A stretch of 64,000 nucleotides of DNA, taken from positions 186,372,001-186,436,000 of the forward strand of contig OZ024743.1 of the NCBI GenBank assembly GCA_964016885.1, read 5' to 3'. A program made the translations under genes and the position numbers. The DNA is from Eledone cirrhosa (lineage: Eukaryota). The first letter of the stretch is position 1, and every line of letters begins with the position of its first letter. Below the pieces are notes generated by a model that ran no database searches, was not told where the DNA came from, and saw nothing but the letters and a program-made list of their open reading frames with translations. Of the stretch, positions 1 to 12,269 are shown in pieces.

Positions 1-1569
1 AGCTCTAACTACTATATCTATAACATAGTACAACAGTAATAATTGATGGTAGTGTTTCACTCGTAGGTCAGCTCTAACTACTATATCTATAACATAGTAT
101 AACAGTAATAATTGATGGTAGTGTTTCACTCCTAAGTCAGCTCTGACTACTATATCTATAACATAGTATAACAGTAATAATTGATGGTAGTGTTTCACTC
201 CTAAGTCAGCTCTGACTACTATATCTATAACATAGTATAACAGTAATAATTGATGGTAGTGTTTCACTCCTAGGTCAGCTCTAACTACTATATCTATAAC
301 ATAGTTTAACAGTAATAATTGATGGTAGTGTTTCACTCCTAAATCAGCCCTAACTACTATATCTATAACATAGTATAACAGTAATAATTGATGGTAGTGT
401 TTCACTCCTAAGTCAGCTCTAACTACTATATCTATAACATAGTATAACGGTAATAATTGATGGTAGTGTTTCACTCCTAGGTCAGCTCTGACTACTATAT
501 CTATAAAATAGTATAACAGTAATAATTGATAGTAGTGTTTCATTCCTAAGTCAGCTCTAACTACTATATCTATAACATAGTATAACAGTAATAATTGATG
601 GTAGTGTTTCACTCCTAGGTCAGCTCTGACTACTATATCTATAACATAGTATAACAGTAATAAATGATGATAGTGTTTCACTCCTAGGTCAGCTCTAACT
701 ATTGTATCTATAACATAGTATAACAGTAATAATTGATGGTAGTGTTTCACTCATACGTCAGCTCTAACTATTATATCTATAACATAGTATAACAGTAATA
801 ATTGATGGTAGTGTTTCACTCATACATCAGCTCTAACCTTTATATCTATAACATAGTATAACAGTAATAATTGATGGAAGTGTTTCACTCCTAGGTCAGC
901 TCTAACTGCTATATCTATAACATAGTATAACAGTAATAATTGATGGTAGTGTTTCACTCCTAATTCAGCTCTAACTATTATATCTATAACATAGTATAAC
1001 AGTAATAATTGATGGTAGTGTTTCACTCCTAAGTCAGCTCTAACTACTATATCTATAACATAGTATAACAGTAATAAATGATGGTAGTGTTTCACTCCTA
1101 AGTCAGCTCTAACTATTATATCTATAACATAGTATAACAGTAATAATTGATGGTAGTGTTTCACTCCTAATTCAGCTCTAACTATTATATTTATAACATA
1201 GTATAACAGTAATAAATGATGGTAGTGTTTCACTCCTAAGTCAGCACTAACTATTATATCTATAACATAGTATAACAGTAATAATTGATGGTAGTGTTTC
1301 ACTCCTAAGTCAGCTCTAACTACTATATCTATAACATAGTATAACAGTAATAATTGAGGGTAGTGTTTCACTCCTAAGTCAGCTCTTACTACTATATCTA
1401 TAACATAGTATAACAGTAATAATTGATGGTAGTGTTTCACTCCTAGGTCAGCTTTAACTACTATATCTATAACATAGTATAACAGTAATAATTGATGGTA
1501 GTGTTTCACTCCTAGGTCAGCTGTAACTACTATATCTATAACATAGTATAACAGTAATAATTGATGGTA

Positions 1570-4430
1570 GTGTTTCACTCCTAGGTCAGCTCTAACTACT
1601 ATATCTATAACATAGTATAACAGTAATAATTGATGGTAGTGTTTCACTCCTAAGTCAGCTCTTACTACTATATCTATAACATAGTATAACAGTAATAATT
1701 GATGGTAGTGTTTCACTCCTAAGTCAGCTCTGACTACTATATCTATAACATAGTATAACAGTAATAATTGATGGTAGTGTTTCACCCCTAAATAAGCTCT
1801 GACTACTATATCTATAACATAGTATAACAGTAATAATTGATGGTAGTGTTTCACTTCTAGGTCAGCTCTTACTACTATATCTATAACATAGTATAACAGT
1901 AATAATTTGATGGTAGTGTTTCACTCCTAAGTCAGCTCTAACTACTATATCTATAACATGGTATAACATTAATAATTGATGGTAGTGTTGCACTTCTTGG
2001 TCAGCTCTAACTACTATATCTATAACATAGTATAATAGTAATAATTGATGGTAGTGTTTCACTCCTAAGTCACCTGTATCTACTACATCTATAACATAGT
2101 ATAAGAGTAATAATTGATGGTAGTGTTTCACTCCTAGGTCAGCTGTAACTACTATATGTATAACATAGTATAACAGTAATAATTGATGGTAGTGTTTCAC
2201 TCCTAGGTCAGCTGTAACTACTATATCTATAACATAGTATAACAGTAATAATTGATGGTAGTGTTTCACTCCTAGGTCAGCTGTAACTACTATATCTATA
2301 ACATAGTATAACAGTAATAATTGATGGTAGTGTTCCACTCCTAAGTCAGCTCTGACTACTATATCTATAACATAGTATAACAGTAATAATTGATGGTAGT
2401 GTTTCACTTCTAGGTCAGCTCTTACTACTATACCTATAACATAGTATAACAGTAATAATTGATGGTAGTGTTTCACTCCTAGGTCAGCTCTGACTACTAT
2501 ATCTATAAGATAGTATAACAGTAATAATTGATGGTAGTGTTTCACTTCTAGGTCAGCTCTTACTACTATATCTATAACAACGTATAACAGTAATAATTGA
2601 TGGTAGTGTTTCACTCCTAGGTCAGCTCTAACTACTATATCTATAACAACGTATAACAGTAATAATTGATGGTAGTGTTTCACTCCTAAATCAGCTCTAA
2701 CTACTATATCTATAAGAACGTATAACAGTAATAATTGATGGTAGTGTTTCACTCCTAGGTCAGCTCTAACTACTATATCTATAACATAGTATAACAGTAA
2801 TAATTGATGGTAGTGTTTCACTCCTAAGTCACCTGTATCTACTACATCTATAACATAGTATAAGAGTAATAATTGATGGTAGTGTTTCACTCCTAGGTCA
2901 GCTGTAACTACTATATCTATAACATAGTATAACAGTAATAATTGATGGTAGTGTTTCACTCCTAGGTCAGCTCTAACTACTATATCTATAACATAGTATA
3001 ACAGTAATAATTGATGGTAGTGTTTCACTCCTAAGTCAGCTCTTACTACTATATCTATAACATAGTATAACAGTAATAATTGATGGTAGTGTTTCACTCC
3101 TAAGTCAGCTCTGACTACTATATCTATAACAACGTATAACAGTAATAATTGATGGTAGTGTTTCACCCCTAAATAAGCTCTGACTACTATATCTATAAGA
3201 TAGTATAACAGTAATAATTGATGGTAGTGTTTCACTTCTAGGTCAGCTCTTACTACTATATCTATAACAACGTATAACAGTAATAATTGATGGTAGTGTT
3301 TCACTCCTAGGTCAGCTCTAACTACTATATCTATAACAACGTATAACAGTAATAATTGATGGTAGTGTTTCACTCCTAAGTCAGCTCTAACTACTATATC
3401 TATAACAACGTATAACAGTAATAATTGATGGTAGTGTTTCACTCCTAGGTCAGCTCTAACTACTATATCTATAACATAATATAACAGTAATAATTGATGG
3501 TAGTGTTTCACTCCTAAGTCAGCTCTTACTACTATATCTATAACATAGTATAACAGTAATAATTGATGGTAGTGTTTCACTCCTAAGTCAGCTCTGACTA
3601 CTATATCTATAACATAGTATAACAGTAATAATTGATGGTAGTGTTTCACCCCTAAATAAGCTCTGACTACTATATCTATAACATAGTATAACATTAATAA
3701 TTGATGGTAGTGTTTCACTTCTAGGTCAGCTCTTACTACTATATCTATAACATAGTATAACAGTAATAATTTGATGGTAGTGTTTCACTCCTAAGTCAGC
3801 TCTAACTACTATATATATAACATGGTATAACATTAATAATTGATGGTAGTGTTGCACTTCTTGGTCAGCTCTAACTACTATATCTATAACATAGTATAAT
3901 AGTAATAATTGATGGTAGTGTTTCACTCCTAAGTCACCTGTATCTACTACATCTATAACATAGTATAAGAGTTATAATTGATGGTAGTGTTTCACTCCTA
4001 GGTCAGCTGTAACTACTATATCTATAACATAGTATAACAGTAATAATTGATGGTAGTGTTTCACTCCTAGGTCAGCTGTAACTACTATATCTATAACATA
4101 GTATAACAGTAATAGTTGATGGTAGTGTTTCACTCCTAGGTCAGCTGTAACTACTATATCTATAACATAGTATAACAGTAATAATTGATGGTAGTGTTCC
4201 ACTCCTAAGTCAGCTCTAACTACTATATCTATAACATAGTATAACGGTAATAATTGATGGTAGTGTTTCACTTCTAGGTCAGCTCTTACTACTATATCTA
4301 TAACATAGTATAACAGTAATAATTGATGGTAGTGTTTCACTCCTAGGTCAGCTCTGACTACTATATCTATAAGATAGTATAACAGTAATAATTGATGGTA
4401 GTGTTTCACTTCTAGGTCAGCTCTTACTAC
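1570..4430. repeat. Local 27-monomer duplication (offset 1,864 bp)
   Basis: Rare markers recur at +1864 (27x69+1): CACCCCTAAATAAG 1783/3647, +1 T insertion AATAATTTGA ~1907/~3771, GTTGCACTTCTTGG ~1987/~3851, CACCTGTATC ~2071/~3935. ORF ends at 1862/3726 show the same offset. Confidence 0.85.
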
Positions 4431-7400
4431 TATATCTATAACATAGTATAACAGTAATAATTGATGGTAGTGTTTCACTCCTAGGTCAGCTCTAACTACT
4501 ATATCTATAACATAGTATAACAGTAATAATTGATGGTAGTGTTTCACTCCTAAGTCAGCTCTGACTACTATATCTATAACATAGTATAACAATAATAATT
4601 GATGGTAGTGTTTCACTCATAAGTCAGCTCTAACTAATATATCTATAACATAGTATAACAGTAATAATTGATGGTAGTGTTACACTCCTAGGTCAGCTCT
4701 AACTACTATATCTATAATATAGTATAACAGTAATAATTGATGGTAGTGTTTCACTCCTAAGTCAGCTCTAACTACCATATCTATAACATAGTATAACAGT
4801 AATAATTGATGGTAGTGTTACACTCCTAGGTCAGCTCTAACTACTATATCTATAATATAGTATAACAGTAATAATTGATGGTAGTGTTTCACTCTTAAGT
4901 CAGCTCTAACTACTATATCTATAACATAGTATAACAGTAATAATTGATGGTAGTGTTTCACTCCTAGGTCAGTTCTAACTACTATATCTATAACATAGTA
5001 TAACAGTAATAATTGATGGTAGTGTTTCACTCCTAAGTCACCTCTATCTACTATATCTATAACATAGTATAACAGTAATAATTGATGGTAGTGTTTCACT
5101 CCTAAGTCAGATCTAACTACTATATCTATAACATAGTATAACAGTAATAATTGATGGTAGTGTTTCATTCCTAAGTCAGGTCTGACTACTATATCTATAA
5201 CATAGTATAACAGTAATAATTGATGGTAGTGTTTCACTCCTAGGTCAGCTGTAACTACTATATCTATAACATAGTATAACACTAATAATTGATGGTAGTG
5301 TTTCACTCCTAAATGAGCTCTGACTACTACATCTATAACATAGTATAACAGTAATAATTGATGGTAGTGTTTCACTCCTAAGTCAGCTCTAACTACTATA
5401 TCTATAACATAGTATAACGGTAATAATTGATGGTAGTGTTTCACTCCTAAGTCAGCTCTAACTACTATATCTATAACAAAGTATAACAGTAATAATTGAT
5501 GGTAGTGTTTCACTCCTAAGTCAGCTCGGATTACTATATCTATAACATAGTATAACAGTAATAATCGATGGTAGTGTTTCACTCCTAGATCAGCTCTGAC
5601 TACTATACCTATAACATAGTATAACAGTAATAATTGATGGTAGTGTTACACTCCTAGGTCAGCTCTAACTACTATATCTATAACATAGTATAACAGTAAT
5701 AATTGATGGTAGTGTTTCACTCCTAAGTCAGCTCTAACTACCATATCTATAACATAGTACAACAGTAATAATTGATGGAAGTGTTTCACTCCTAAGTCAG
5801 CTCTAACTATTATATCTATAACATAGTATAACAGTAATAATTGATGGTAGTGTTTCACTCCTAAGTCAGCTCTGACTACTATATCTATAACATAGTATAA
5901 CAGTAATAATTGATGGTAGTGTTTCACTCCTAGGTCAGCTCTAACTACTATATCTATAACATAGTTTAACAGTAATAATTGATGGTAGTGTTTCACTCCT
6001 AAATCAGCTCTGACTACTATATCTATAACATAGTATAACAGTAATAATTGATGGTAGTGTTTCACTCCTAGGTCAGCTCTAACTACTATATCTATAACAT
6101 AGTTTAACAGTAATAATTGATGGTAGTGTTTCACTCGTCCATCAGCTCTAACTATTATATCTATAACATAGTATAACAGTAATAATTGATGGTAGTGTTT
6201 CACTCGTACATCAGCTCTAACTATTATATCTATAACATAGTATAACAGTAATAATCGATGGAAGTGTTTCACTCCTAAGTCAGCTCTGGTTACTATATCT
6301 ATAACATAGTATAACAGTAATAATCGATGGTAGTGTTTCACTCCTAGATCAGCTCTGACTACTATATCTATAACATACTATAACAGTAATAATTGATGGT
6401 AATGTTTCACTCCTAAGTCAGCTCTAACTACTATATCTATTACATAGTATAACAGTAATAATTGATGGTAGTGTTTCACTCCTAAGTCAGCTCTAACTAC
6501 TATATCTACAACATAGTATAACAGTAATAATTGATGGAAGTGTTTCACTCCTAAGTCAGCTCTAACTACTATATCTATAACATAGTATAACAGTAATAAT
6601 TGATGGTAGTGTTTCACCCCTAAATAAGCTCTGACTACTATATATATAACATAGTATAACAGTAATAATTGATGGTAGTGTTTCACTCGTACGTCAGCTC
6701 TAACTATTATATCTATAACATAGTATAACAGTAATAATTGATGGTAGTGTTTCACCCCTAAATAAGCTCTGACTACTATATATATAACATAGTATAACAG
6801 TAATAATTGAGGGTAGTGTTTCACTCCTAAGTCAGATCTAACTACTATATCTATAACATAGTATAACAGTAATAATTGATGGTAGTGTTTCACTCCTAAA
6901 TCAGCTCTAACTACTATATCTATAACATAGTATAACAGTAATAATTGATGGTAGTGTTTCACCCCAAAATCGGCTGTAACTACTATATCTATAACATGGT
7001 ATAACAGTAATAATTGATGGTAGTGTTTCACTCCTAAGTCAGCTCTGACTACTATATCTATAACATAGTATAACAGTAATAATTGATGGTAGTGTTTCAC
7101 TCCTAAGTCAGCTCTGACTACTATATCTATAACATAGTATAACAGTAATAATTGATGGTAGTGTTTCACTCCTAGGTCAGCTCTAACTACTATATCTATA
7201 ACATAGTTTAACAGTAATAATTGATGGTAGTGTTTCACTCCTAAATCAGCCCTAACTACTATATCTATAACATAGTATAACAGTAATAATTGATGGTAGT
7301 GTTTCACTCCTAAGTCAGCTCTAACTACTATATCTATAACATAGTATAACGGTAATAATTGATGGTAGTGTTTCACTCCTAGGTCAGCTCTGACTACTAT

Positions 7401-9179
7401 ATCTATAACATAGTATAACAGTAATAATTGATGGTAGTGTTTCACTCCTAGGTCAGCTCTGACTACTATATCTATAACATAGTATAACAGTAATAAATGA
7501 TGATAGTGTTTCACTCCTAGGTCAGCTCTAACTATTGTATCTATAACATAGTATAACATTAATAATTGATGGTAGTGTTTCACTCATACGTCAGCTCTAA
7601 CTATTATATCTATAACATAGTATAACAGTAATAATTGATGGTAGTGTTTCACTCATACATCAGCTCTAACTTTTATATCTATAACATAGTATAACAGTAA
7701 TAATTGATGGAAGTGTTTCACTCCTAGGTCAGCTCTAACTGCTATATCTATAACATAGTATAACAGTAATAATTGATGGTAGTGTTTCACTCCTAATTCA
7801 GCTCTAACTATTATATCTATAACATAGTATAACAGTAATAATTGATGGTAGTGTTTCACTCCTAAGTCAGCTCTAACTACTATATCTATAACATAGTATA
7901 ACAGTAATAAATGATGGTAGTGTTTCACTCCTAAGTCAGCTCTAACTATTATATCTATGACATAGTATAACAGTAATAATTGATGGTAGTGTTTCACTCC
8001 TAATTCAGCTCTAACTATTATATTCATAACATAGTATAACAGTAATAAATGATGGTAGTGTTTCACTCCTAAGTCAGCTCTAACTATTATATCTATAACA
8101 TAGTATAACAGTAATAATTGATGGTAGTGTTTCACTCCTAAGTCAGCTCTAACTACTATATCTATAACATAGTATAACAGTAATAATTGAGGGTAGTGTT
8201 TCACTCCTAAGTCAGCTCTAACTACTATATCTATAACATAGTGTAAAAGTAATAATTGATGGTAGTGTTTCACTCCTAAGTCAGCTCTAACTACTATATC
8301 TATAACATAGTATAACAGTAGTAATTGATGGTAGTGTTTCACTCATAAGTCAGCTCTGACTACTATATCTATAACATAGTATAACAGTAATAATTGATGG
8401 AAGTGTTTCACTCCTAAGTCAGCTCTAACTACTATATCTATAACATAGTATAACAGTAATAACTGATGGTAGTGTTTCACTCCTAGGTCAGCTCTAACTA
8501 CTATATCCATAACATAGTATAAAAGTAATAATTGATGGTAGTGTTTCACTCCTAAGTCAACTCTAACTGCTATATCTATAACATAGTACAACAGTAATAA
8601 TTGATGGTAGTGTTTCACTCCTAGGTCAGCTCTAACTACTATATCTATAACATAGTACAACAGTAATAATTGATGGTAGTGTTTCACTTCTAAGTCAACT
8701 CTAACTACTATATCTATAACATAGTACAACAGTAATAATTGATGGTAGTGTTTCACTCCTAGGTCAGCTCTAACTAGTATATCTATAACATAGTACAACA
8801 GTAATAATTGATGGTAGTGTTTCACTCCTAGGTCAGCTCTAACTACTATATCAATAACATAGTATAAAAGTAATAATTGATGATAGTGTTTCATTCCTAA
8901 GTCAGCTCTAACTACTATATCTATAACATAGTACAACAGTAATAATTGATGGTAGTGTTTCACTCCTAGGTCATCTGTGACTACTATATCTATAACATAG
9001 TATAACGGTAATAATTGATGGTAGTATTACACTCCTAGGTCATCTCTAACTACTATATCTATAACATAGTACAACAGTAATAATTGATGGTAGTGTTTCA
9101 CTCGTAGGTCAGCTCTAACTACTATATCTATAACATAGTATAACAGTAATAATTGATGGTAGTGTTTCACTCCTAGGTC

Positions 9180-10110
9180 AGCTCTGACTACTATATCTAT
9201 AACACAGTATAACAGTAATAATTGATGGAAGTGTTTCACTCCTAGGTCAGCTCTGGCTACCATATCTATAACATAGTATAACAGTAATAATTGATGGTAG
9301 TGTTTCACTCCTACGTCAACTCTAACTCCTATATCTATAACATAGTATAACAGTAATAACTGATGGTAGTGTTTCACTCCTAAGTTAGCTCAAACTACTA
9401 TATCTATAACATAGTATAACGGTAATAATTGATGGTAGTGTTTCACTCCTAAGTCAGATCTAACTACTATATCTATAACATAGTATAACAGTAATAATTG
9501 ATGGTAGTGTTTCATTCCTAAGTCAGCTCTGACTACTATATGTATAACATAGTATAAGAGTAATAATTGATGGTAGTGTTTCACTCCTAGGTCAGCTCTG
9601 ACTACTATATCTATAACATAGTATAACAGTAATAGTTGATGATAGTGTTTCACTCCTAAGTCAGCTCTGAATACTATATCTATAACATAGTATAACAGTA
9701 ATAATTGATGGTAGTGTTTCACTCCTAGGTCAGCTCTGACTACAATATCTATAACACAGTATAACAGTAATAATTGATGGAAGTGTTTCACTCCTAGGTC
9801 AGCTCTGGCTACCATATATATAACATAGTATAACAGTAATAATTGATGGTAGTGTTTCACTCCTACGTCAACTCTAACTCCTATATCTATAACATAGTAT
9901 AACAGTAATAACTGATGGTAGTGTTTCACTCCTAAGTTAGCTCAAACTACTATATCTATAACATAGTATAACGGTAATAATTGATGGTAGTGTTTCACTC
10001 CTAAGTCAGATCTAACTACTATATCTATAACATAGTATAACAGTAATAATTGATGGTAGTGTTTCATTCCTAAGTCAGCTCTGACTACTATATGTATAAC
10101 ATAGTATAAC
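9180..10110. repeat. Local 8-monomer duplication (offset 552 bp)
   Basis: TCTGGCTACCAT, TACGTCAACTCTAACTCC, TTAGCTCAAAC, CAGATCT and TATGTATA recur in the same order 552 bp (8x69) apart. ORF boundaries at 9377/9929 and 9390/9942 agree. Confidence 0.85.
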
Positions 10111-12269
10111 AGTAATAATTGATGGTAGTGTTTCACTCCTAGGTCAGCTCTAACTACTATATCTATAACATAGTTTAACAGTAATAATTGATGGTAGTGT
10201 TTCACTCGTACATCAGCTCTAACTATTATATCTATAACATAGTATAACAGTAATAATTGATGGTAGTGTTTCACTCGTACATCAGCTCTAACTATTATAT
10301 CTATAACATAGTATAACAGTAATAATCGATGGTAGTGTTTCACTCCTAAGTCAGCTCTGATTACTATATCTATAACATAGTATAACAGTAATAATCGATG
10401 GTAGTGTTTCACTCCTAGATCAGCTCTGACTACTATATCTATAACATAGTATAACAGTAATAATTGATGGTAATGTTTCACTCCTAAGTCAGCTCTAACT
10501 ACTATATCTATTACATAGTATAACAGTAATAATTGATGGTAGTGTTTCACTCCTAGGTCAGCTCTGACTACTATATCTACAACATAGTATAACAGTAATA
10601 ATTGATGGAAGTGTTTCACTCCTAAGTCAGCTCTAACTACTATATCTACAACATAGTATAACAGTAATAATTGATGGAAGTGTTTCACTCCTAAGTCAGC
10701 TCTAACTACTATATATATAACATAGTATAACAGTAATAATTGAGGGTAGTGTTTCACTCCTAAGTCAGCTCTAACTACTATATCTATAACATAGTATAAC
10801 AGTAATAATTGATGGTAGTGTTTCACTCCTAAATCAGCTCTAACTACTATATCTATAACATAGTATAACAGTAATAATTGATGGTAGTGTTTCACCCCAA
10901 AATCGGCTGTAACTACTATATCTATAACATAGTATAACAGTAATAATTGATGGTAGTGTTTCACTCCTAGGTCAGCTCTAACTACTATATCTATAACATA
11001 GTATAACAGTAACAATTGATGGTAGTGTTTCACTCCTAGGTCATCTGTGACTACTATATCTATAACATAGTATAACAGTAATAATTGATGGTAGTGTTAC
11101 ACTCCTAGGTCAGCTCTAACTACTATATCTATAACATAGTACAACAGTAATAATTGATGGTAGTTTTCACTCGTAGGTCAGCTCTAACTACTATATCTAT
11201 AACATAGTATAACAGTAATAATTGATGGTAGTGTTACACTCTTAAGTCAGCTCTGAGTACTATATCTATAACATAGTATAACAGTAATAATTGATGGTAG
11301 TGTTTCACTCCTAAGTCAGCTCTGACTACTATATCTATAATATAGTATAACAGTAATAATTGATGGTAGTGTTTCACTCCTAAATCAGCCCTAACTACTA
11401 TATCTATAACATAGTATAACAGTAATAATTGATGGTAGTGTTTCACTCCTAGGTCAGCTCTAACTACTATATTTATAACATAGTTTAACAGTAATAATTG
11501 ATGGTAGTGTTTCACTCCTAAATCAGCCCTAACTACTATATCTATAACATAGTATAACAGTAATAATTGATGGTAGTGTTTCACTCCTAAGTCAGCTCTA
11601 ACTACTATATCTATAACATAGTATAACGGTAATAATTGATGGTAGTGTTTCACTCCTAGGTCAGCTCTGACTACTATATCTATAACATAGTATAACAGTA
11701 ATAATTGATGGTAGTGTTTCATTCCTAAGTCAGCTCTAACTACTATATCTATAACATAGTATAACAGTAATAATTGATGGTAGTGTTTCACTCGTACGTC
11801 AGCTCTAACTATTATATCTATAACATAGTATAACAGTAATAATTGATGGTAGTGTTTCACTCATACATCAGCTCTAACTATTATATCTATAACATAGTAT
11901 AACAGTAATAATTGATGGAAGTGTTTCACTCCTAGGTCAGCTCTAACTACTATATCTATAACATAGTATAACAGTAATAATTGATGGTAGTGTTTCACTC
12001 CTAATTCAGCTCTAACTATTATATCTATAACATAGTATAACAGTAATAATTGATGGTAGTGTTTCACTCCTAAGTCAGCTCTAACTACTATATCTATAAC
12101 ATAGTATAACAGTAATAATTGAGGGTAGTGTTTCACTCCTAAGTCAGCTCTAACTACTATATCTATAACATAGTGTAACAGTAATAATTGATGGTAGTGT
12201 TTCACTCCTAAGTCAGCTCTAACTACTATATCTATAACATAGTATAACAGTAGTAATTGATGGTAGTGT

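Noticed and set aside
70-138. TATAAC/TATAAT-like -10 or TATA boxes in each monomer
   Set aside because: Expected in a 70% AT repeat. There is no downstream gene or other promoter context.
1-1900. Plus-strand frame that is open if TAA/TAG encode Gln (SSNYYIYNIVQQQQLMVVFHSQV)n, as in the ciliate-type code
   Set aside because: Openness is expected once two of three stops are removed from an AT-rich repeat. The common AAC/GAC/TAC variant is non-synonymous in this frame, frameshifts are propagated, and nothing independent suggests an alternative code.
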